A stretch of 64,000 bases of DNA, the filler included, from Dirinaria sp. TL-2023a (taxonomy: Eukaryota): NCBI GenBank assembly GCA_051941275.1. It is 7 parts of 7 records of this genome, joined end to end, with 100 filler letters (N's around TTAATTAATTAA, not from the genome) between each part and the next. Parts side by side here need not be neighbours in the genome. Positions count along the whole stretch, not along the records: positions 27,902 to 37,095 come from JAVEBF010001084.1; positions 37,196 to 46,388 come from JAVEBF010001085.1; positions 46,489 to 55,677 come from JAVEBF010001086.1; 4 more parts are not named here. One strand, 5' to 3'. The notes beneath the pieces are model-generated. The model did not search any database and was not told where the DNA came from. It was given only the letters and a program-made list of their open reading frames with translations. Positions 35,529 to 46,777 of this stretch are shown here, piece by piece (the first letter of the stretch is position 1; each line of letters starts with the position of its first letter). A program made the translations under genes and the position numbers.

Positions 35529-36338
35529 TCAATGACAAGCCACGCTCTTGGTAGCAGACGAATTTCCAAAAGCCAAGTAACCCACAAAAGCACCCACCGC
35601 AACCGACAGCATAACCCAACCGTTATACGTCATGAACAGCAACCTGCCGATGGAATCGCTTCAGCATTTCGCATTTCCCCACAAAACTAGGCCTTCCCCC
35701 CCTCCCCAGTGCCCCAACAAAAAGAATAGACACAGATACTCACATGATAAAAAAACTGTAAAAGACCTGAACGGCGTATAACGCGGCCTTGACCAACTTG
35801 ACCTTGGTCTCCGCCTGCTGCGCATTTTTCCCTGACCAAAGCAATGATGAGCTGCGATCATTGCTGTTGCCTCCATCGACTATCGAATGTTTTGCTCAGC
35901 CGTCATATCTCCCGGCCCCAGCCAACCTCCAACTTCCCCACAACAACAAAAGTTGCAGACAACAATCTTCCACAGGTTTACGCGAAGGGACCGGAAGAAA
36001 CTTACTGGGTAAACTATTCATATACTCCGCGCTCGAAGCCTCGTACCGGCGGCTCATGTCGCGGACGAACTCGTAGCCGGCGGTCAGAAGTATGACGCCG
36101 AGGAGGGAGAAGAGCAGTGTGGTTGTGGAACGGATGTGCCAGCCGGGGAAGATGATGCAGAGGTTCGTCGTGTCCCATGTGAAGAGCATCTATGCACACG
36201 GCAACAGAAAGAGTGTAAGTAAACGGTGGGCGGAACAGCTGGAGAAAGGGGGAGGAGGTATATATGTACGCTCATCTTGCATTGGGAGCCTGAGCCCATG
36301 TCCATGTCTCCGTGGCCCATGTGCGAATGGTGGTCCAT
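35529..36338 (-). CDS. CTR2: Ctr-family copper transporter (vacuolar Ctr2-like; 3 introns)
   Basis: His/Met-rich N-terminus MDHHSHMGHGDMDM, CKMS|MLFTW, MLLFMTYNGW (MxxxM), GAFVG and C-terminal ACH*. Confidence 0.92.
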
Positions 36339-36725
36339 TGTAAGCCTGAGAGTGAGAGCGCCGGAGGGTTCAGATGGAGGTAGTTCGAGCGAGGTGCCGA
36401 TATAGAGAATAGTTCTGCGACAGCGAGATCTCTTGCGCTCTTTTCGGAGATCGAAGAATGATTTACGCCTTTTCCCTAGAGCTCCAGCAAAAGCTAAAAA
36501 AAAAAAAAAACAGAAAAAAAATCCGAAATCCAAGTGTCTTGTTCAGCTATTGAAGAACATCTCCGTTGTCAGATCGAAAGTATCACCAGATCCAACCGAG
36601 CAAACAGTGCAAACACCCAACGTGCTTTTCTCGAAAACTCCAATATCTACAACCACACCCACGCCCAATTAAAACTCCAAACCCCTCAAAGATCACATCC
36701 ACGGTGTATGTGACCTAGATAGGTA

Positions 36726-37095
36726 ATGGCCGAAAACGCCCCTCCACCATCCACCACCGCCACCGGCGCCGGCACAAACCCCTCCACCGTCCCCACCACC
36801 ACAACCACAACAACCACAACCACGAACGCAGACTCGACGCGCGGGCTGCCGTACTACGAAAAACTCAAGCGCGACCTGCGATCAACCCTGCTGAAAAAAT
36901 CGCACCTGGACAAATCGCTCTCGGCGCTGGAATCGAGCCTGTACCGGCACGAGACGCTGTACCTGGAAGACACGTCGGCGGGGAACATCATCCGCGGGTT
37001 CGATTCGTACATCAAGGGCTCGAGCACGGCGCCTGCCGCCGCTGCTGGGCCCACGAGCCAGAGCAGCACGCGCCGCAAACAGGGCGTCGGGGACG
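36726..37095 (+). CDS. EAF6: NuA4/NuA3 subunit Eaf6, truncated by the linker
   Basis: GLPYYEKLKRDL..LE..LYRHETLYLEDTSAGNIIRGFDSYIK. Confidence 0.9.
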
Positions 37096-37195
37096 NNNNN
37101 NNNNNNNNNNNNNNNNNNNNNNNNNNNNNNNNNNNNNNNTTAATTAATTAANNNNNNNNNNNNNNNNNNNNNNNNNNNNNNNNNNNNNNNNNNNN
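37096..37195. other. Artificial contig linker
   Basis: 44 N + TTAATTAATTAA + 44 N. Confidence 0.98.
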
Positions 37196-37675
37196 CAGAT
37201 GTGTTGCCCCATGGCGTTGTACCTAGAGTGTTGCTGGCACTAGCGTGGTTGCCTCGGTGAGTTCTACCTTATGTAGAACCCACACACACATACTTCATAG
37301 ACTTTAGACAATGCAATGCTTCATGTATGCCACTAAGTGCATTGCTCAGTGCTTCAACATCCTTGACGGATACTATTGAAGGTCAAATCTATTTAGACGC
37401 CAATTTGACCGCGCATTTTCTCAGATCTTCAAGTCAATCTCTCTGCAAAAAATCCATACGGAAGTTCTATTCTACGTCCTCAAAAAGTAACATGACGGGA
37501 TGCGAGACCAGGGCAGGGAAAATTTCTTTATGCTCGACTCTAGTATCTATCATCTTAGCTTTGGCATACTAATATTGGTAGGAGGCGAATAGAAGGTTTC
37601 TAATAAATACGAAGTGTCCGTCCCCAGCACGGGTTGAATCGAAATAGGTCTTCTAGCGCTCTTTGGGACGCCTTT

Positions 37676-39307
37676 TTATTCCATAGCTGGTCTTTGGACA
37701 GGCCACAGCGCGACTTTCGCCCCATTACCACTTTCTGTCGTAATTCTATATACTTCCACAAACTCCTGCACAGCGTCTCTGCACTCGATCTTCTCAAATT
37801 CGAGTAGAATCTGTACAATGCAATATCCTACTTCTGTCAACGCCAGCTGCTGCCCAGGACAAACCCTCGGTCCGCCGCCGAATACCATATAACTCCATGG
37901 TACTGGTCGCAATGTCTCCCAGCGCTCAGGCCTGAAGATGTGTGCATCTTGTCCGAAAAGATCAGGCCGACGATGGAGTGCATAAAAGGATACTGTCACA
38001 ATGGAACCCTCCCGAACAAAGATTGGCACGGCTTCACAAGTCGGTTTTTTGTATGCTCGTCCTCCTGTGGGTAGAACGGTGTCGCGTAGAGCCATGCGTG
38101 TGGTCGTGCCAATTGCGGGGTTAAGGCGAAATGTCTCGTTAATAACATACTGAAGGTATTTCACAGATTTGAGCCTCTCAAAAGTCCACTTGGGTCCGCT
38201 GTGATCGCTCTTTTCCGCGTCGCTTGCCCAGACCGCTGGGGCGGACAATATCTCCGAACGGAGCTTGTCATAGACGTCAGGGTGACGAGCAAGGTTGAAG
38301 AATACATTGGTGAGAGTTACAGCTGTAGCGTCGTGTGCGGGTAAAAAGACGTTGAGGAGTTGGTCACGGATACTTGATGATGGCTCGTTACTTCCTTTGA
38401 TGAGCTCGTGCGCGAGAACGTAATGTTTCGGCTCTCCTGCGCCTCTGATCTGCCTTTTTATCGTGTCGGTTCCACCACAGATGGACATTCCCTTTGCAAT
38501 ATAGCCTTCTGCAAACTCATGGGCAACACGGCAAGAATCTGAGAAACGTCTGTCTTTCCTGATAAATTTCCATCTGGGCAACTGAATTCTTTGACCGACA
38601 GCACTTTGACCATAACTATAAGCTGACAAAAATGATTGCGCGTCTTTTGAGACGCCATTGTCTGTCAAAGAACCGATAGACTCTCCAAAAAGAAATTCCG
38701 TTGAAGAATCCAACGCAAGTCGGACGAACAGCATCCTTAGGTCCACTGTTGAACCATCTCTAGGTATCAGCTTTACAAGTCGCTGCACATGATCGGCATA
38801 CGCGTCCAGATGCAGGTCCGTTATATTGGTTCTAGTGAATGTCGGCTTTATCAATGCGCGCGAGTGCTCCCATAAAGCCCCGTCAGTGTTCATGATTCCC
38901 TTTCCAATAAACGGTTCAAAAGCGAAGAGACGCATTGGTTGGACCCCCCAACTAGAGAACTCTGTCGCAAAGATGGTCTGAAGATTTTTGGGCTCTATAG
39001 TGTATATCTTCGTTGGAGCGATCCAGGACTTCGATTGGAATGTAGGTCCATAAATTGAGAACAGCTGCTTGATCGAGATATTACGTCGGTTCTCTTTGAG
39101 CGCACGAGAGAGTCTCCAAGTGGTGTCGAGCCCAAAAAGTGGGTCACGTTGAGCAATGGATGGCGGCGGCCGACAACCATACCTCCTAGACATCGAATGT
39201 CGACGATAGAATCTTCTGATCAGCGATGATAATATAATGACTAGTGAGGGAAGTGTACCCAACATGACTAGTAAGGACGGGGAAGCAAGCATGGCGATGA
39301 TTTGCAT
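37676..39307 (-). CDS. Cytochrome P450, CYP52-clan-like, intronless
   Basis: N-terminal TM, DPLFGLD, GKGIMNTDGALWEHSRALIKPTF, LDSSTEFLFGES, ETFR (ExxR), PERW and heme motif FGGGPRVCPGQQLAL. Confidence 0.95.
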   Translation of the reverse strand: MQIIAMLASPSLLVMLGTLPSLVIILSSLIRRFYRRHSMSRRYGCRPPPSIAQRDPLFGLDTTWRLSRALKENRRNISIKQLFSIYGPTFQSKSWIAPTKIYTIEPKNLQTIFATEFSSWGVQPMRLFAFEPFIGKGIMNTDGALWEHSRALIKPTFTRTNITDLHLDAYADHVQRLVKLIPRDGSTVDLRMLFVRLALDSSTEFLFGESIGSLTDNGVSKDAQSFLSAYSYGQSAVGQRIQLPRWKFIRKDRRFSDSCRVAHEFAEGYIAKGMSICGGTDTIKRQIRGAGEPKHYVLAHELIKGSNEPSSSIRDQLLNVFLPAHDATAVTLTNVFFNLARHPDVYDKLRSEILSAPAVWASDAEKSDHSGPKWTFERLKSVKYLQYVINETFRLNPAIGTTTRMALRDTVLPTGGRAYKKPTCEAVPIFVREGSIVTVSFYALHRRPDLFGQDAHIFRPERWETLRPVPWSYMVFGGGPRVCPGQQLALTEVGYCIVQILLEFEKIECRDAVQEFVEVYRITTESGNGAKVALWPVQRPAME

Positions 39308-39581
39308 TTGCGACCGATTTTTCTAAGATCACCGCTTCTTTTTTTGTTTTCAAATGGACCTGGCTCAATACGCGAGACAGAGAGATTGAGATGTTCGAGC
39401 AATCAACAGTGAAGATAATATATGGCTGAGAAAGACAGTGAAATGCTGCATAAGGTGGGGTGGATACTAAGCTGCGCTAAGTCATATAATAATGTCCGAA
39501 GTACCACAAAATGATGACCACGTCTGCCCAGGCTTGTTTATGCACGGAGGTAGCTTCTCTATGTATACTTTCGTGCGCAAA

Positions 39582-39940
39582 TCACTCCCTGCAAGTAATG
39601 CAGTTTCTGCGTGGTACCCAAGTCAAAATCTTGCGCACGCAAGTGTCCCAATTTCTACATACCCGACTTTGAGGCCGCTTAGTCAAGGCTCGCATCCTTG
39701 ACCGCCTGACCGGCCAATTTCTACGTAACGTAGTCTGGGATTCGAAGCGATTCTGCTCAATGTATTGATCCGGCATCATGTTGGAGAAGAAGTACCGTGA
39801 ATATTGATAGCCGTATTTCCATAAGAAAATTTGACGTCACCTGCTTTGAGATTACAAGAGAACCCCAGTGACAATATGCGCAGACGATCTCTAAACAAGC
39901 CTGGTTTCTGTCATTCTGAAACCGTTTAGCAAGCTTCAAG
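39582..39940 (-). pseudogene. Decayed UstYa/DUF3328-like oxidase relic
   Basis: Fragments in the expected order: QACLEIV...HW, YSRYFFSNM.P....EQNR and RVCRNWD(TCVR)KILTWV. No intact HxxHC motif. Confidence 0.4.
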
Positions 39941-41565
39941 AAGCTATTTAGCCTTCAGACTGAGCATAGAATTGTGCTACAAACTGGGTGGTAACGGGAG
40001 AACAGCAGCTCTACTAACAAACGCGTACTAGGTGAGAGATTCCATCAGCAAAGGAGGCCAATATTTCAATCAGTCCACTAACGGGAGCATTAGGCTTCTC
40101 TATAGCCTCAAAGATTTTTTGTAATGCAATGCCCGAATAGAACAGCAAAATAGCTCGCTAATATGCGTGAATGTGACTGCCTTTAGACAATCCATTCACC
40201 TGTAGCATATGACATGCCTTATAAGTTGGACTTAGATGCCTACCTTGGATAGTACGGAATTAATACTGTAGTTGGAGCCCAGTCTGTAATGATACAGTTT
40301 CACAACAAAATCACCCAGGTATTGTCGTTTAGACGTTTCTAAGTTGACACCGCTAGAGTATCAAATGCATGCATGGTTGCCTTCTTTTGAGATTCTGCTC
40401 CATGCAGGATACTTTGGTACCCTATCTGCAATCCCGCACCATTCACAGCCTCTTACACTTGGTCGGAATTCGGCAGGCATCATGTACACCCGAGGTTTTC
40501 CGTCGCATGACACTCGACGTGTGCTGACCTGACCCACAAATAATACAATCTCGATGAGAGCCATTCGAAAACTATACCTAACCTAGTCAGTGATCAGACC
40601 GTTGCAGCATTAATTCTAGCATATCGGATTTTCTCTTGGAACATGAGCGATTCTAAACGCTCCTTAGTTCTCTCGTCTCAACACGCGTGCCCAGACTTGT
40701 GTAATAGGTCTTGTCTAGTACCATCAGGACAACTGCTGACCCATTTTTTTTTCGCCTGGTTCTCAATAGTAGTATTGATTTCGCTCTAGATTCAGTTCAG
40801 TACGAGTACTCTCCTACCACTGCTGCACTAGTCAAAAAGTCGGAAAAGAACTACTGGCCTATGATAGATCAAGGATGGAAAGACTGAAAGCCCAGGCAAT
40901 CCTAGCCTGTTGCTGCTTTGTGTTACTTACTCCAAGCATGATCTATGCATAGCTCACCTGCGCTATCTGCAGGCAATGCTCCGTAGAGTCCCCGCTCATT
41001 GCTCAGTAGCATGCATACCTACTCAACCCTGTGAAGATTTGCGAAGCCGGCAGAGAATGTTTCAGTGTACCACATGTCAATTCGTGCTGGTCGTTCCGAG
41101 AGGCTGAGCTCGATCCGACATTTCCACAGGCGGGCACGAGAATTGCCTGATCCTCTAGTTTGCTGCTCAATAACTGCACGGCTGACCGAAATGCATGCAT
41201 ATGCCCTAAAACGGCACGGTAACCGGCTTCCAAGCGTAAGTACGGAAATGGCTCATTACCTTCAATCTCCGCCCAATAAGGATTACTGCTAGAACAGTGG
41301 GGGCTAACATGGATAACGCGCGGGCGTTATCCTAGGAATAGAGGACAACTTGAGGCTCAGATTACTGCCGGGCTGAGAAAGGGTCTATGCTGGCTTATGA
41401 CTCTTTCCAAACGATGCTTCCTACTTTTCGTCCTCTGTGTCGAGTCTTTCCCTTGTTCACAAGTCAGCAAGATTGGCGTTTCAGAGCTGCTTCTTGTTTT
41501 TCACCAAACAAACATCATATAGAGGACACGTCAAACAGCAAGAATCGTTTATGAAATCGTCAGAC

Positions 41566-42017
41566 ATGCGTACGGCCAGTCTTATCACCAGCTTGATCTA
41601 TCTTGACCTGTACTCAAGCGCTTCACCTATAATTTGCCCCATTCCGGAAGTCCGGTATTTGAGAAACAACGTTGATAATATTTGACAGCTATCCATCGTC
41701 GCGAAGTTGCACACACCAAAGCCGAATCCGGTTCTTCCAGACGTAGCGCCGCCGAGAATGCCGTAGAGTATCCTGATTCTTACAAACGCGACGCCGTCGA
41801 GGGTGCAATTGTATACCCGGATAGCTATAAGCGAGACGTTAGCGTTGGACGATGCGATTGCTCATCTGGATTGTTATAAACGCAGCATGATGCCAAAGCG
41901 TATCCTGATTCTTACAAACCTGATGCTGCTGACGATCTGGTTGCGTACCCTGATAGCTATATGTCATCTGCCCTCGCGATAAAGGTGCTTTGCTCGCCGT
42001 CTCACCAGCATCTGTGA
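41566..42017 (+). CDS. Kex2-processed repeat peptide (KEP)/dikaritin-like precursor with YPDSY core; possibly pseudogenised
   Basis: Signal-like MRTASLITSLIYLDLYSSASPI; four same-frame YPDSY copies (41769, 41814, 41901, 41946), two followed by KR; acidic spacers; two degenerate copies. Confidence 0.7.
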
Positions 42018-42217
42018 GAGGCTTCTTAGCCGCTAAAGCCTTATGAGCGTCAGCTTTGACATATGAGGGTTGAAACAACTCCGTGACATGGATCTACGGA
42101 GTCATATAATAAGCACTACTCCCCTTTATGACCCACTTAGTGTTATTAATGGCTTCTTTACGTGTCACGCCGACTAATGCGTTGACCCAATTTTGAACCG
42201 ATTTTGCGGTGTGATGT

Positions 42218-42245
42218 GGTAGGTAGGTAGGTAGGTAGGTAGGTA
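42218..42245. repeat. (GGTA)7 microsatellite, followed by short degenerate tandem repeats to ~42480
   Basis: Direct inspection; also TGGCACAGT x3 at ~42449-42478. Confidence 0.9.
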
Positions 42246-43502
42246 AGGTACACCATGTAAGGTAAGTATGTACCTTAGGTAAGATGGGGGGGTATCATGA
42301 ACAGGTAGAAATACCTTGCCGGAGCTGCTTTTGTCAAGCTGCCTGAGCTGCCCCCCGAGCCCCCGAGCTGCCCTGAGAGTTTCAGTGAACCCTCGCAGTT
42401 GCACCCTCGCAGAGTCGCAAGCCTCGGTCCGCAGCGGGACCCGCGCGGTGGCACAGTTGGCACAGTAGTTGGCACAGTAGTAGCTAAGTTGCCTTTAGCC
42501 TTCTATTGCTTGTCTGAGCTTGTCTGACAGTCTGAGCTTCGGTCATGTTCGGGCGAACCTGCCACACAGGAATTACGAGTACATGTACTAAGAAAGTACT
42601 ATCATATGTACTTTTAAATTAAATTGAAAGGTCAGCGCAATCATTAAATGGACCCTGGAAACATCTGCCCTGCTAACTTGATATGCTGATAATAATCCCA
42701 GCTTCGCTTAAAGCTCTCTCTCTCGGTGCTATTTCCCATTGGGAGGGTCAATAATAATCCCGATTGACTGCATGATCCAGATGTCACGGAGGAATTCATT
42801 GCTTGTCGTCCTGTGCCAAGCCTACAACCGCATCACGAAATCGATATTGATAACCCGCTAACGAATGACCTAAGACCCTCCGTCTGCTGAAGAAAGGCAG
42901 CAAGAGGAAAACGGGTTCAGGCACGGCTGCAGAACCAACCCCCTTAGGATCGCATTAGGAATTTAGGATTTGCATTTCTTCAAGATCGACTAAAAAAGGT
43001 AATGGAGATCTACCTGAATCCCATCGATTGGCTTCACACAGGGTCTTACCTCCTTCTCGACGACCACCTTCGGTTAGAGACCTTCTGTAGATCGCTGTGG
43101 ATCATACTACAGTACATGCAACTCATGGGACTCGGATGTCGTGCTTTTCCACCACGTGGCTGTGACGCGTCTCGTACGGTTTCTTCGCAACTAGCAACAC
43201 TTCAAACTATATTGCACCAGGTTGTTCGATCAAAGAGCGCCTCGCTTGCCCGCTTTGATCTCATTTCCTGGGGAATCACGTCATGGAGCAATTTGAAAGG
43301 GGTAAGGTACAGCTCCACGCCTTTTTAACTAGCTCACCAGGAGATTGTGAGATCGCGCCTGCCATCGGCCTCCGTGGAAATGTCCTCATGCACAATGGAT
43401 ATCTATGCTTGGATGTGTACAGAAAAAGGATAGACCCGTGGGCCTGGCCAGTGCCGTCCCGCCTGCGCCCCGTCCAGCTACCCACATTGAGGAGAGATCG
43501 CC

Positions 43503-45872
43503 TCATAGATACACATATCTGCACGCATGCACCGGATCAGTAAAGGCGTCTGGCGAGGTGGTGCATAATAGGGCTAGCTTACCTCCAAATACGTGCTCGC
43601 ATGTCGCCGCTACCAGTGGCGAAGAGCTCCCCGGTAGGGCAAGGAGCCACCGAGATGACTAAAGCGGTAAATGTCAGGAACGCTTGCGACTGGACAGGGA
43701 TTGGAACTTGCCTGAGTTTTTGTGACCTTGCAGCATAAGATGGGTTTCCCCAGTTCCAGGGTGCCAGAATTGGACCCCTCGGTCTTTGGAGCCGCTAAGC
43801 ACCCATTTACCGTCTGGCGTTAGAGCCACACTGAGGACAAAGTCCTGGGGTAATCCGTTAGCTCGAACCACGCAATGCACATGATTTGTAGCTGGGGGGT
43901 TCGACAGACCTTGTGACCCTCAAATGTTCTTAAACATCGTCCAGTTCGGGACGTTTGCTGGGTGATCATGCCGTGGGTGTTGGTCAATTCCCACATTTTG
44001 ATGGTTTTGTCCAGACTGCCGCTGACCAAAGATCTGCCATCGGGCGCGAATGCTACGGAATATACGCTGTCCTTGTGACCTTCCATGGCGCCATCGAGCC
44101 TTTCGACCAACAAGCCAGTGCGAATGTCCCATACGCGGACGCTCTTGTCCAAGGATCCAGCGGCGACAAACTCGCCCCCGGGAGACATGGCTACGGTTGT
44201 TACGCCATCTTCGATGATGAGGTTCAACACTTCTCGTCCGCTATCGAGATCCCAGACACGCACGGTGCGATCGCCACTGCCAGATGCAACGTTCTTGCCA
44301 TTCCGTGAGAAGTCCAAGGAATAGATGTCTTGCTCATGACCAGTGAACGTGTGCCGGATTGTACGAGATTCAATGTCCCACACCTATAATGAAAGTAGTT
44401 AGCATATGACCTTACTGAAGTAGCAGTGCCTGAAGAAAACACAACGAACCCTGATTTGCTTGTCCTCTGCGCCGGTTGCAAGATATTTCCCATCGGGGCT
44501 GAAGCAGACACTTCGAATATACAAGTCACCGTCTTTGTCAACGGTCTCATCTTGGAGTTTGGTGAGTTGACGTCCAGTGGAAACTTCAAAGATTTGGGCT
44601 GATCGGTTGCACCCAGTAGCAATATATTTGCCGTCCAGACTGAACCTAACACAGCAGACTACGCTTTCGTGCGCGAGGTTGTGCATAAGATCCACGTCCA
44701 GACCTCTTCGAATACGCGGATTAAATACCGCGAACCAATCACCACCATCGTGTTTTAGCGACGGAGGTAGTAGGTCTGGATCCAGGTCAGCCAGCGTGTT
44801 GCCGACATCTTGGATTGGAGGCTGGGGATGTGGAGGGGTCTGTCTGCCCATTCGGGGCGAATTTCTCTCAGGGTATGGCATAGGCTGAGGTTGCTGCGGG
44901 GTTGCTGGACCTTGACCCGGTGGTCCTGGTGGTCCGCGATTGCTGCGAGCTTTACCTGGCCCGGGTGAAGCAATGACTTGCGAGTTCTGTGAATTATAGC
45001 CTAAGAAATCAGCTTATATACTCGCTGAAGAAAAGCGGTGTGGTTTTACGCAAGGGGCTGGGCTGCAAGGGGGCTTACCGTTGACAGGAGCGCCAGGGTA
45101 ATTGGGAAAAGGAGGTTGATGCAGCCCAGGCGGTGGCTGTGGCATCTGGTTCTGGGGGGGACCTTGCGGCTGGTCCTGAGACAGTGGAACCAAGCCCGGG
45201 TTGCCTTGGCCTGGTGGATTTGCCATTATCCCACCAAAGAGGTTGCTGGGCCCATGGCCAATAGCAGGAGGCTGTGACTGTGAGACTCCACCATGGGGAG
45301 GCAGACCGCTGACACCTACGTGGGAGGGTGGGCCACCGCGAGCTTCAAGCTCGTGACGCAAGCGGGCGATATCGTCGTCATATCTACGAGTCAAGTTCAG
45401 TTTCGGTGCAAACTGAGTATGAAAATCCATATTCCCTACCTTTGCTTCATGAGGACCTGGTTTTGCTCTAGGGTGTAGACTTTCTGCCTCACCATCTCCA
45501 TCTCTTGCATCTGTGCTGCCACTAAAGAGTGTAGATCGCTGATCAGCAAGCTTCGCTTTTCGTTCCCCATCTTTGCCCACCAACAGAGGCAAGAATTCAA
45601 TAACGAACGACCCGGAGGGCTGGGGGGAGATGTTGCATCATTATGAAGCTCCCGGGTTTGGGTAGTCTGGAGTAGGATACAAAGCAGCACCGGAGGAGCG
45701 CATGGTGCAGCGCAAAGCAAACGGATGGAGAGCTCCAAGCAAACTTACAATTCTGCTCATACTCTGCGGCCTTGTTCCTTTCGCCATCAAATTCTGTGCG
45801 GACCTGATCCAAGAGCTCCGTCAGACGAGTGTTCGCCTGGGTGGGAACCATTCCCCTGTGGGTGTTGTACAT
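43503..45872 (-). CDS. TUP1: General transcriptional corepressor Tup1/RcoA (WD40; multiple introns)
   Basis: N-terminal [74 protein letters not shown] and [18 protein letters not shown]. Confidence 0.97.
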
Positions 45873-46388
45873 CTTGATTGATGTGGCTCCTCCAAGCCCG
45901 AATCAGCTCGATGCAGGATGGGGAGCGCAGAGATTGGTGAAGGCGGAGGGTACAAAGGGCAGATGGCTATCGATGCAGCGAGTGGGATCTTGCAGTGGGC
46001 CAGACGCGAGCGCAAAGACGCTGATACCCGAGGCCGACAGTGCACAGATGGTCTGTGACGGCGTAGTCGTGTAGAGAGGAAGGCGTGCGCCTCGACGGAA
46101 CGACGAGGAGGTGGATCGGATGAGATAAACAAATGACCGCGATGTTGGCGCAAAATGGGCTGTCGAAATGCAGGCTTGATGATGCGCGACAGGCCTCGGC
46201 GTTTCTTTTTAGCAGGGACAGCCTTGCACACGGACGTACCGGCGTGGATCGCTAAAGTGGACGAGATTAGCCGTACAGACGATGTTAGAGAATGCGAGAA
46301 TTAATTACCAGCTGGGGCCAAGGCGAATCGAAAAATTTCGAAATTGACCCAGCTGGGGGAGAGGGGGGTTTTTGGAAAAAGAAGGTGG

Positions 46389-46488
46389 NNNNNNNNNNNN
46401 NNNNNNNNNNNNNNNNNNNNNNNNNNNNNNNNTTAATTAATTAANNNNNNNNNNNNNNNNNNNNNNNNNNNNNNNNNNNNNNNNNNNN
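46389..46488. other. Artificial contig linker
   Basis: 44 N + TTAATTAATTAA + 44 N. Confidence 0.98.
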
Positions 46489-46777
46489 GGTTTCTCCAGG
46501 CTCTAAAGTTGCAAAGTGGCATGTATATTGAGTAAGATAGGAGGGTGACAAATATTTAGAAGTTGAAGCTCAGGCTTCAGCAAAAATGACGTCTTGGAGG
46601 GCTTGAGATATCGAACCTCAACCACCCCCGACCCCTGCACTTCACCACACAATAACTCTCGAATCTATTACTGAACATCATCTACATAGTCACATATATA
46701 CCTTGTTTTTATGTAGGAAACTTCAAAGTCCAACACAACTTTGTCTCCGTGGTTGCAGCTGCTCTATCATATACCCC

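Noticed and set aside
41760..41960. CRISPR-like repeat-spacer array
   Set aside because: Eukaryotic context, and the repeats vary at synonymous positions, i.e. they are peptide-coding.
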